In this document: positions 53,301-64,000 of the stretch, piece after piece
How the letters are laid out: each line of letters begins with the position of its first letter
Numbering within the stretch: position 1 is the first letter of the stretch
Assembly: GCA_030390025.1 (NCBI GenBank)
Contig: CM059431.1
Location: 139,440,001 to 139,504,000 of the forward strand
DNA from: Squalus acanthias
Lineage: Eukaryota
Direction: 5' to 3'
Length of the DNA: 64,000 nucleotides
Translations under genes and position numbers: made by a program
The notes under the pieces: model-generated
What the model saw: only the letters and a program-made list of their open reading frames with translations
The model's database searches: none
What the model was told of the DNA's origin: nothing

Positions 53301-56300
53301 GTGCTCTCTTGTACTGAACATGTTGTCGCTGTGCTCTCTTGTACTGAACATGTTGTTGCTGTGCTGTCTTGTACTGAACATGTTGTCGCTCTGCTCTCTT
53401 GTACTGAACATGTTGTTGCTGTGCTCTCTTGTACTGAACATGTTGTTGCTGTGCTGTCTTGTACTGAACATGTTGTCGCTGTGCTCTCTTGTACTGAACA
53501 TGTTGTTGCTGTGCTGTCTTGTACTGAACATGTTGTCGCTCTGCTCTCTTGTACTGAACATGTTGTCGCTGTGCTCTCTTGTACTGAACATGTTGTCGCT
53601 CTGCTCTCTTGTACTAAACATGTTGTCGCTGTGCTCTCTTGTACTAAACATGTTGTCGCTGTGCTCTCTTGTACTGAACATGTTGTCACTGTGATGTCTT
53701 GTACTGAACATGTTGTTGCTGTGCTCTCTTGTACTAAACATGTTGTCGCTGTGCTCTCTTGTACTGAACATGTTGTCGCTGTGCTCTCTTGTACTGAACA
53801 TGTTGTCGCTGTGCTCTCTTGTACTTAATATGTTGTCGCTGTGCTCTCTTGTACAGATCATGTTTTCGCTGTGCTCTCTTGTACTGAACATGTTGTCGCT
53901 GTGCTCTCTTGTACTGAACATGTTGTCGCTGTGCTCTCTTGTACTGAACATGTTGTCACTGTGCTGTCTTGTACTGAACATGTTGTCGCTGTGCTCTCTT
54001 GTACTGAACATGTTGTCGCTGTGCTCTCTTGTACTGAACATGTTGTCACTGTGCTGTCTTGTACTGAACATGTTGTCGCTGTGCCCTCTTGTGCTGAACA
54101 TGTTGTCACTGTGCTCTCTTGTACTGAACATGTTGTCGCTGTGCTCTCTTGTGCTGAACATGTTGTCACTGTGCTCTCTTGTACTGAACATGTTGTCGCT
54201 GTGCTCTCTTCTCCTGAACATGTTGTCGCTGCGCTCTCTTGTGCTGAACATGTTGTCACTGTGCTCTCTTGTACTGAACATGTTGTCACTGTGCACTCTT
54301 TTACTGAACATGTGGTCGCTGTGCTCTCTTCTCCTGAACATGTTGTCGCTGTGCACTCTTTTACTGAACATGTTGTCGCTGTGCTCTCTTCTACTGAACA
54401 TGCTGTCGCTGTGCTCTCTTATACTGAACATGCTGTTGCTGTGCTCTCTTGTACTGAACATGTTGTTGCTGTGCTCTCTTTTACTGAACATGTTGCTGCT
54501 GTGCTCTCTTGTACTGAATATTATGTCGCTGTGCTCTCTTGTACTAAACCTGTTGTCACTGTACTGTCTTGTACTGAACATGTTGTCGCTGTGCTCTCAT
54601 GTACTGAACATGTTGTCTCTGTGCTCTCTTGTACTGTATATGCTGTCACTGTGCTCTCTTGTACTGAACATGTTGTCGCCGTGCTCTCTTGTACTGAACA
54701 TGTTGTTGCTGTGCTCTCTTGTACTGAACATGTTGCTGCTGTGCTCTCTTGTACTGAACATGTTGTCGCTGTGCACTCTTGTACTGAACATATTGTCACT
54801 GTGCTCTCTTGTACTGAACATGTTGTCACTGTGCACTCTTGTACTGAACATGTTGTCACTGTGCTCTCTTGTACTAAACATGTTGTCGCTGTGCTTTCTT
54901 GTACTGAACATGTTGTTGCTGTGCTCTCTTGTACTGATCTGTTGTCACTGTGCTCTCTTGTACTGAACATGTTGTTGCTGTGCTCTCTTGTACTGAACAT
55001 GTTGTCACTGTGCTCTCTTGTACTGAACATGTTGTTGCTGTGCTCTCTTGTACTGAACATGTTGTCGCTGTGCACTCTTGTACTGAACATGTTGTCACTG
55101 TGCACTCTTGTACTGAACATGTTGTCACTGTGCTCTCTTGTACTAAACATGTTGTCGCTGTGCTTTCTTGTACTGAACATGTTGTTGCTGTGCTCTCTTG
55201 TACTGATCTGTTGTCACTGTGCTCTCTTGTACTGAACATGTTGTTGCTGTGCTCTCTTGTACTGAACATGTTGTCGCTGCGCTCTCTTGTACTAAACATG
55301 TTGTCGCTATGCTCTCTTGTACTGAACATGCTGTCACTGTGCTCTCTTGAAGTAAACATGTTGTCGCTGCCCTCTGTTGTACTGAACTTGTTGTCACTGT
55401 GAACTCTTGAACTAAACATGTTGTCGCTGTGCCCTCTCGTACTGATGATGTTGTCACTTTGCTCTCTTGAACTAAACATGTTGTCGCTGTGCTCTCTTGT
55501 ACAAAACATGTTGTCGCTGTGCTCTCTTGATCTAAACATTTTGTCGCTTTGCTCTCTTGTACTGAACATGTTGTCGCTGTGCACTCTTTTACTGAATATG
55601 TTGTCGCTGTGCTCTCTTGTACTGAACATGTTGTCATTGTGCTCTCTTGTACTGAACATGTTGTCGCTGTGCTCTCTTGTACTGAACATGCTGTCGCTGT
55701 GCTCTCTTGTACTGAACATGTTGTCATTGTGCTCTCTTGTACTGAACAAGTTGTCACTGTGCTCTCTTGTACAGAACATGTTGTCACCGTGATCTCTTTT
55801 ACTAAACATGTTGTCGCTGTGCTCTCTTGTACTGAACATGTTGTTGCTGTGCTCTCTTGAAGTAAACATGTTGTCGCTGCCCTCTGTTGTACTGAACTTG
55901 TTGTCACTGTGAACTCTTGAACTAAACATGTTGTCGCTGTGTCCTCTTGTACTGATGATGTTGTCGCTTTGCTCTCTTGAACTAAACATGTTGTCGCTGT
56001 GCTCTCTTGATCTAAACATGTTGTCGCTTTGCTCTCTTGTACTGAACATGTTGTCGCTGTGCTCTCTTGTACTGAACATGTTGTCACTGTACTCTCTTGT
56101 ACTGAACATGCTGTCGCTGTGCTCTCTTTTACTGAACATGTTGCTGCTGTGCTCTCTTGTACTGAACATGTTGTTGCTGTGCTCTCTTTTACTGAACATG
56201 TTGCTGCTGTGCTCTCTTGTACTGAACATGTTGTCACTGTGCTCTCTTGTACTGAACATGCTGTCGCTGTGCTCTCTTGTACTGAATATGTTGTCGCTGT

Positions 56301-59300
56301 GCTCTCTTTTACTGAACATGTTGCTGCTGTGCTCTCTTCTACTGAACATGTTGTCGCTGTGCTCTCTTGTACTAAACATGTTGTCACTGTGCTCTCTTGT
56401 ACTGAACATGCTGTCGCTGTGCTCTCTTCTACTGAACATGTTGTCGCTGTGCTCTCTTGTACTGAACATGCTGTCGCTGTGCTCTCTTGTACTGAAAATG
56501 TTGTCGCTGTGCTCTCTTGTACTGAACATGTTGTCACTGTGTTCTCTTGTACTAAACATGTTGTCGTTGTGCTCTCTTGTACTGATCATGTTGTCACTGT
56601 GATCTCTTTTACTAAACATGTTGTCGCTGTGCTCTCTTGTACTGAACATGTTGTTGCTGTGCTCTCTTGAAGAAAACATGTTGTCGCTGCCCTCTGTTGT
56701 ACTGAACTTGTTGTCACTGTGAACTCTTGAACTAAACATGTTGTCGCTGTGCTCTCTTGTACTGATGATGTTGTCGCTTTGCTCTCTTGAACTAAACATG
56801 TTGTCGCTGTGCTCTCTTGATCTAAACATGTTGTCGCTTTGCTCTCTTCTACTGAACATGTTGTCACTGTGCTCTCTTGTACTGAACATGTTGTCGCTGT
56901 GATGTCTTTTACTGAATATGTTGTCGCTGTGCTCTCTTCTACTGAACATGTTGTCGCTGTGCTCTCTTGTACTGAACATGTTGTCACTGTGCTCTCTTGT
57001 ACTGAACATGTTGTCACTGTGCTCTCTTGTACTGAACATGTTGTCGCTGTGATGTCTTTTACTGAATATGTTGTCGCTGTGCTCTCTTCTACTGAACATG
57101 TTGTCGCTGTGCTCTCTTGTACTGAACATGTTGTCACTGTACTCTCTTGTACTGAACATGCTGTCGCTGTGCTCTCTTGTACTGAATATGTTGTCGCTGT
57201 GCTCTCTTTTACTGAAAAAGTTGCTGCTGTGCTCTCTTGTACTGAACATGTTGTTGCTGTGCTCTCTTTTACTGAACATGTTGCTGCTGTGCTCTCTTGT
57301 ACTGAACATGTTGTCACTGTGCTCTCTTGTACTGAATATGTTTTAGCTGTGCTCTCTTGTACTGAACATGTTGTCACTGTACTCTCTTCTACTGAACATG
57401 TTGTCGCTGTGCTCTCTTGTACTGAATATGTTTTAGCTGTGCTCTCTTGTACTAAACATGTTGTCACTGTGCTCTCTTGGACTGATCATGTTGTCACTGT
57501 GCTCTCTTGTACTGAACATGCTGTCGCTGTGCTCTCTTGTACTGAACATGTTGTCGCTGTGCTCTCTTGTACTGAACATGTTGTTGCTGTGCTCTCTTGT
57601 ACTGAACATGTTGTCGCTGTGCTCTCTTGTACTAAACATGTTGTCGCTGTGCTCTCTTGTACTGAACATGTTGTTGCTGTGCTCTCTTGTACTAAACATG
57701 TTGTTGCTGTGCTCTCTTGTACTGATCATGTTGTCACTGTGATCTCTTTTACTAAACATGTTGTCGCTGTGCTCTGTTGTACTGAACTTGTTGTCACTGT
57801 GAACTCTTGAACTAAACATGTTGTCGCTGTGCCCTCTTGATCTAAACATGTTGTCGCTTTACTCTCTTGAACTAAACATGTTGTCGCTGTGCTCTCTTGA
57901 TCTAAACATGTTGTCGCTTTACTCTCTTGTACTGAACATGTTGTCGCTGTGCACTCTTTTACTGAATATGTTGTCGCTGTGCTCTCTTCTACTGAACATG
58001 TTGTCACTGTACTCTCTTGTACTGAACATGCTGTCGCTGTGCTCTCTTGTACTGAATATGTTGTCGCTGTGCTCTCTTTTACTGAACATGTTGCTGCTGT
58101 GCTCTCTTGTACTGAACATGTTGTTGCTGTGCTCTCTTTTACTGAACATGTTGCTGCTGTGCTCTCTTGTACTGAACATGCTGTCACTGTACTCTCTTGT
58201 ACTGAACATGCTGTCGCTGTGCTCTCTTGTACTGAATATGTTGTCGCTGTGCTCTCTTTTACTGAACATGTTGCTGCTGTGCTCTCTTGTACTGAACATG
58301 TTGTCACTGTACTCTCTTGTACTGAACATGCTGTCGCTGTGCTCTCTTGTACTGAATATGTTGTCGCTGTGCTCTCTTTTACTGAACATGTTGTCACTGT
58401 ACTCTCTTGTACTGAACATGCTGTCGCTGTGCTCTCTTGTACTGAATATGTTGTCGCTGTGCTCTCTTTTACTGAACATGTTGCTGCTGTGCTCTCTTGT
58501 ACTGAACATGTTGTTGCTGTGCTCTCTTTTACTGAACATGTTGCTGCTGTGCTCTCTTGTACTGAACATGTTGTCGCTGTGCTCTCTTGTACTGAATATG
58601 TTTTAGCTGTGCTCTCTTGTACTAAACATGTTGTCACCGTGCTCTCTTGGACTGATCATGTTGTCGCTGTGCTCTCTTGTACTGAATATGTTTTAGCTGT
58701 GCTCTCTTGTACTAAACATGTTGTCACTGTGCTCTCTTGGACTGATCATGTTGTCGCTGTGCTCTCTTGTACTGAACATGTTGTTGCTGTGCTCTCTTGT
58801 ACTGATCATGTTGTCACTGTGCTCTCTTGTACTGAACATGTTGTCACTGTGATCTCTTTTACTAAACATGTTGTCGCTGTGCTCTCTTGTACTGAACATG
58901 TTGTTGCTGTGCTCTCTTGAATTAAACATGTTGTCGCTGTGCTCTCTTGTACTGAACATGTTGTTGCTGTGCTCTCTTGTACTGAACATGTTGTCGCTGT
59001 GCCCTGTTGTACTGATGATGTTGTCACTTTGCTCTCTTGAACTAAACATGTTGTCGCTGTGCTCTCTTGTACAAAACATGTTGTCGCTGTGCTCTCTTGA
59101 TCTAAACATATTGTCGCTTTGCTCTCTTGTACTGAACATGTTGTCGCTGTGCACTCTTTTACTGAATATGTTGTCGCTGTGCTCTCTTCTACTGAACATG
59201 TTGTCGCTGTGCTCTCTTGTACTGAACATGTTGTCACTGTACTCTCTTGTACTGAACATGCTGTCGCTGTGCTCTCTTGTACTGAATATGTTGTCGCTGT

Positions 59301-60084
59301 GCTCTCTTTTACTGAACATGTTGCTGCTGTGCTCTCTTGTACTGAACATGTTGTTGCTGTGCTCTCTTTTACTGAACATGTTGCTGCTGTGCTCTCTTGT
59401 ACTGAACATGTTGTCACTGTACTCTCTTCTACTGAACATGTTGTCGCTGTGCTCTCTTGTACTGAATATGTTTTAGCTGTGCTCTCTTGTACTAAACATG
59501 TTGTCACTGTGCTCTCTTGGACTGATCATGTTGTCACTGTGCTCTCTTGTACTGAACATGTTGTCACTGTACTCTCTTGTACTGAACATGCTGTCGCTGT
59601 GCTCTCTTGTACTGAACATGTTGTCGCTGTGCTCTCTTGTACTGAACATGTTGTTGCTGTGCTCTCTTGTACTGAAAATGTTGTCGCTGTGCTCTCTTGT
59701 ACTGAACATGTTGTCACTGTGCTCTCTTGTACTAAACATGTTGTCGCTGTGCTCTCTTGTATTGAACATGTTGTTGCTGTGCACTCTTGTACTGATCATG
59801 TTGTCACTGTGCTCTCTTGTACTGAACATGTTGTTGCTGTGATCTCTTTTACTAAACATGTTGTCGCTGTGCTCTCTTGTACTGAACATGTTGTTGCTGT
59901 GCTCTCTTGTACTGAACATGTTGTTGCTGTGCTCTCTTGTACTGAACATGTTGTTGCTGTGCTCTCTTGTACTAAACTTGTTGTCGCTGTGCTCTCTTGT
60001 ACTGAACATGTTGTCGCTGTGCTCTCTTGTACTGAACATGTTGTCGTTGTTCTCTCTTGTACTAAACATGTTGTCGCTTTGCTC
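44303..60084. repeat. 30-bp satellite GCTGTGCTCTCTTGTACTGAACATGTTGTC, ~525 monomers, with higher-order repeats
   Basis: Directly visible strict 30-bp register, broken only by rare 29- and 28-bp variants. Confidence 0.99.
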
Positions 60085-60092
60085 GTCCTTAC

Positions 60093-60179
60093 CTGTTCGG
60101 ATTTTGAATCTTTTATAAGATCCACCCCGAGCCTTCTCATGCCTTCTGGAAGGAAACACTGATGAAAATGCGGAAGTTA
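60093..60179 (-). other. Putative 87-bp minus-strand exon abutting the satellite
   Basis: Acceptor CATTATTTCCTTTCTAG|, donor CAG|GTAAGG. Confidence 0.4.
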
Positions 60180-60721
60180 CTAGAAAGGAAATAATGAATG
60201 TGGAATCTGTTCACTCAGTGGCACCAGTTACATGAGGGGGAAACCTGCTCCCAGGACCATTGTGAAACAAACATTCCATTTCTGGGACAAGGAACTGAGA
60301 AACTGAGCGACACCCAATCACAAAGAGTGGAGAGAGTGAGAGTGAGGGAAGGTGTGAAGTCTGACCGAGCACAGAGACTCCCTGGAAATGGGGACAAGAC
60401 ACCAGGAGCTGGTGAGACCTGTCCAACAGGGCGGCCGGCTGAAACGCAATGAATGCACACTTGCTTTGTTCAGCACCGAGCTTCAGATTTCAATTCATTG
60501 AATCCTGAACATTCAGCGCGTAACTTATTCTACTCCCTGAAGCAAAGTGTCACTTTTTCGAGATCACAAATCATCTATTTTCATATCTGCATAAGTATTA
60601 TATCCGGAACTTGGATCAGATGATGAGTCTTAAACTCCCCCCCCCCGCCCCCCAGCCATGAGGAATTTGGAATTATATCGGGAACTTGGATAAAATGATA
60701 AGGTTTAAAACCCCCCTGGCC

Positions 60722-61495
60722 ATGAGGAGCTTGGCTCGGTGTCCCTACAGGCGGCTGATACTGAGCTCAGTCGTGTGCGGACTCTCTCTCACTTTCCTTT
60801 GTCGATATTTGTGCAAGAGAGAAATTCCATTCTTAAACTACTGGACAACAGTTAAACTAAAACCAGTTTACGATGCTCGATATGAATCCCTCGATCTGTC
60901 AGAGGAGAACTCGAGTTGTTGGAAGATAATTATTGGTGACCCGGAAGCATTTCAATACGTTATTTTAAACTCGATCACAATTGCAAACAAATATAAGGCC
61001 TTCACAGAAAGCGAATACTTAAAAATGACCCGAGACTGCGATTCTTTTGCGAAAACCCGCAAATACATCACTTTCCCCTTAAGTGCCGAGGAACGCGATT
61101 TCCCTCTGGCTTATTCTCTGGTGGTCAATGAAAACATCGAGATGTTTGAGAGGCTCCTGCGAGGCATTTACGCTCCTCAAAACATGTACTGTGTCCATGT
61201 GGACAGGAAGTCTCGAAAGCCGTTTCACTCGGCGGTCCAGGCCATCGTTTCCTATTTCACTAATGTCTTCATTGTCGGAAAATCGGAGTCAGTGACGTAC
61301 GCCTCATGGTCCAGAGTTCAGGCTGATCTGAACTGGATGGAAGAGCTGCTGCGGAGCTCTGTCCCGTGGAGATACCTCATCAATGTTTGTGGAAAAGACT
61401 ATCCAATAAAAACCAACCGGGATATAGTCAACAGTCTCATGGCCATGAACGGCTCAAATGTTATAGAGTCGGACCCTCCACCGCGATACAAACAG
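60722..61495 (+). pseudogene. GCNT3: GCNT3-like beta-1,6-N-acetylglucosaminyltransferase (GT14), coding exon 1; probably inactivated
   Basis: Type II TM segment; TRDC..F..RKYI.FPLS.EE.DFPLAYS, FERLLR.IYAPQN.YCVHVD.KS, VTYASWSRVQADLN, W.YLIN.CG.D.PIKTN; ATG at 60722 in GCCATGA context. Confidence 0.85.
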
Positions 61496-61499
61496 TAAA

Positions 61500-61650
61500 T
61501 GATCCAGATCCATCCCGGGTGTCCATCCATTCATCCTGGTTTTTCATCAATCCATCCATCCATCCATCCATCCTTCCATCCATCCATCCATCCATCCTTC
61601 CATCCATTCATCCATCCGCCCATCCATTCATCCATCTCTCCCTCCACCCT
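61500..61650. repeat. (CATC)n microsatellite at the start of the intron
   Basis: Directly visible. Confidence 0.9.
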
Positions 61651-62235
61651 CCCTCACACTCGCTCAATCACGCACTCCATCCAGTTCACTCGCAGTAGTA
61701 TAGTTATAGCTCCCTGATCAATGTCGCCTATGTTTGTAGATCAGTAGCGTTCTCCTCAATACATTTGCTTTGTTAAACACAGATGATGGTGACCACGTGG
61801 GCTTCACCACCCGGGAGGCAGCGGTTTCAGTTAAATGTAGTAATAAGTAACTGAATAGTTATTTGAAGGAATGGAACATTTTCATCATCAGACCCTGGAC
61901 ACACTACACATGCGGTGAAGCACAAGGGTTGGGAACCTGTCCCCTCAGGTGGTCTCACATCTCCCGCTTCAATGCATTGGATAGTCAAGTGCTGACCTGA
62001 ATCTCCAGTTAGTTTTCCTCAAGCCCGAAATCCTATGTTTGAAATCACTTGGTATGAGCACGAGAATAGATGGATGATATCACACTGTATTGGGCTCTCT
62101 TCCCGGGCAACTGAAGACGTGGCAGATGAACATTTATACAAAAGCAAAATAATGCAGATGCTGGAATCTGAAATAAAAGCAGAACATTCTGGAAATACTC
62201 AGCAGGTCCGGTAGCATCTGTGAAGAGAGAAACAG

Positions 62236-62272
62236 AGTTAACGTTTCAGGTCGATGACCCTTCGTCAGAACT
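62236..62272 (-). ncRNA. Minimal type I hammerhead ribozyme motif
   Basis: AGUU-CUGACGA-AGG-gucaucga-CCU-GAAA-CG-UU-AACU. Confidence 0.7.
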
Positions 62273-62690
62273 GGAAAAAGCTGGAGATGGAACAGGTTTT
62301 TAAGCAATTCCAGAGGCAGGGAAAGGGGGAAGTGAAGCAAAGAACAAAAGGGAAGATCTGTGATAGGATGGAAGGCAGGAGAGATTAAGAGACAAAAGGG
62401 ATGATGGTGCAAGGCAAAAGGAGATGGTAATGGGACAAGTTAAGATACAAAAGATGGCTCTAGATGAAGTGTAAATGGCACTGGCAGAATGAAACACAGC
62501 TGCCATGTGGGAGAGAGAGAAAAAGGATCGGGGCTCGATGTTGATTCCAGGAGTCTGTAAAGTGCCTCATCGAAAGATGAAGCGCTATTCCTCGAGCTTA
62601 CGTTGACCTTCCCTTTTGTTCTTTCCTCCTCTCCCACCTTTCCCTGCCCCTGCACTTGCATAAAAACCTGTTCCATCTTTAGCTTTTTTC

Positions 62691-62727
62691 ATTTCTGACG
62701 AAGGATCATCGACCTGAAACGTTAACT
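62691..62727 (+). ncRNA. Minimal type I hammerhead ribozyme motif (stem I mismatch)
   Basis: AUUU-CUGACGA-AGG-aucaucga-CCU-GAAA-CG-UU-AACU. Confidence 0.6.
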
Positions 62728-63146
62728 CTGTTTCTCTCTCCACAGATGCTGCCTGGCCTGCTGAGTATTTCCAGCATTTTCTGTTTTTATTGCAGATGAA
62801 CATTTGTTATTTCCTACATTGATTTCAAAGCCCTGACATACTTTCCTTTCAGGTGTGATGTTGATTGGCTTGTTTTATATCACATGTCTAAATGCGATGC
62901 TTGCGGGTGACCGGGGCGAATCTAAATAACCAATCTGAGCCAATCTTTTGACATATTTCTCTCTTTTGATCTGCACTAGTTATCGACATTTTCCACGCAA
63001 AATTTATACAAGCAAAACAAAGTAGCTAAAGTTTAACTACATTGAGAAAATGCACGTTTATCGTTACTGATGCTAGATGTGTGTGGCAGGTAAATGAAAA
63101 TTAAGTTGGAATATGAGAAACGATTGCTGTTGGTGTTGACTTTCAG

Positions 63147-63674
63147 AGACGATGGAAATTTAATTATGATGTTCGCAAGATTATGGTGAGAACAGATCGA
63201 GTGAAGAGCCCCCCACCCATACGCAGTCCCGTGTTTGTGGGGAGCGCATACGTTCTGCTCACCAGAAAATTTGTGAGTATTTTGTTTGTGAACCCGGAAA
63301 TCCAGGCATTCTGCAAGTGGTCGGAGAATACCTACAGCCCCGATGAACACATCTGGGCCACCCTGCAGAGAATGCCCGAGGTACCCGGCTCCATTCCATA
63401 CACTCGCAGGCACCACATGGGTGACGCACCAGTCCTTACTCGAGCAGTGAAGTGGTCTGTTAATGCTGGAGATACTGCGAAAGGAGCCTTATATCCGCCT
63501 TGTACAGGAAGGTACCGCCATCCGATCTGTGTATATGGGTCTGGAGATCTCCACTGGATCATCCAAAAGAAACCCTTGTTCGCCAATAAGTTTCAGCCAG
63601 AAGTAGACAACACAGCTTTGCAATGTATGTAGGAATATGTCCGACACAGAGCGATTCATGGAACAGGAATTTAA
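63147..63674 (+). pseudogene. GCNT3: GCNT3-like coding exon 2, premature TAG at 63630-63632, ancestral stop at 63672-63674
   Basis: RRWKF..KSPPP..F.GSAY, TYSPDEHIWATLQR, R.VKW, YPPCTG...ICVYG.GDL.W, LFANKF..VDN.ALQCM*EYVRHRAIHGTGI*; acceptor TTTCAG| ending at 63146. Confidence 0.88.
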
Positions 63675-63734
63675 TAAGGAAACTCAGCGGGCCATTTTCT
63701 ATCTCGCACATATTCCCATTCACCCATCGCCCCG

Positions 63735-64000
63735 ATGCTCTCTGATCTGCATTCGGCCCATCATACCCATGCCGGTTCTCTGAAAGAGCTATATATTTAG
63801 ATCTGTTCCCCAACCCCCACCCCTTCATCCCGCTCATTTTTTGAATGTTATTATTTCTTCACTTCACTTATAAATCTTATAACGAATTCTGCTTACAATA
63901 TTGTTTCCGGTAAGGCATTCCAGGTGCTAACAGATCCCATCCTAAAATAAATATTTTCTAATCTCTAAGTTATTTTTTGCTGGCGAGATTTAATTTTAGT
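63735..64000 (-). mobile_element. Old CR1-like 3' fragment
   Basis: cattcggcccatc..ccatgccgg..ggcattccagg resembles a reverse-complemented CR1 3' end. Confidence 0.5.

Larger units (their letters stand above)
62136..62791. mobile_element. Penelope-like element remnant with inverted terminal segments and a 14-bp target-site duplication
   Basis: 62165-62305 is the reverse complement of ~62660-62791; GCAGATGAACATTT at 62122-62135 and 62792-62805. Confidence 0.78.

Noticed and set aside
44171..60162. Very long ORFs (up to 954 aa; ESTATTCSVQ, MFSTREHSDN, LSCTEHVVAV repeats) resembling mucin or antifreeze proteins
   Set aside because: The 30-bp monomer is stop-free in several frames on both strands at once; 29- and 28-bp variants shift frames freely; no signal peptide or non-repeat domain
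60686..60721. ORF-track start at 60686 for the GCNT-like protein
   Set aside because: It is a TTG inside the duplicated leader; ATG 60722 has better context and gives a normal short cytoplasmic tail

Overview
Vertebrate genomic DNA, most likely from a cartilaginous fish (inferred from V-SINE/HE1-type SINEs, CR1 and L2 LINEs and a Penelope-type element). About 55% of the window is tandem repeat: two large C-rich minisatellite arrays (~1.8-12.6 kb, ~19.1-27.8 kb), a short third one (~39.8-40.5 kb) and a ~15.8 kb 30-bp satellite (44.3-60.1 kb). Almost all long ORFs in the track are artefacts of these repeats. The left 43 kb holds three diverged copies of one module. Read on the minus strand, the module is GC-box/CCAAT/TATA-like promoter -> short exon with AAG|GTAAGG donor -> ~1.3 kb intron -> 144-bp non-coding exon -> G-rich array; copy 2 has lost the promoter. 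In copy 3 the promoter region is the left arm of a ~1.9 kb imperfect palindrome (41762-43687). The right arm recreates promoter, exon 1 and donor on the plus strand, pointing across the satellite at a GCNT3-like (GT14 core-2/4 beta-1,6-GlcNAc transferase) gene at 60.7-63.7 kb. That gene has an intron inside its CDS, several apparently inactivating lesions, and an intronic Penelope-like insertion with two minimal hammerhead ribozyme motifs. A 5'-truncated CR1 keeps an uninterrupted 729-codon RT ORF. Promoter, exon and transcript interpretations come from motifs only, and most repeat boundaries are approximate.
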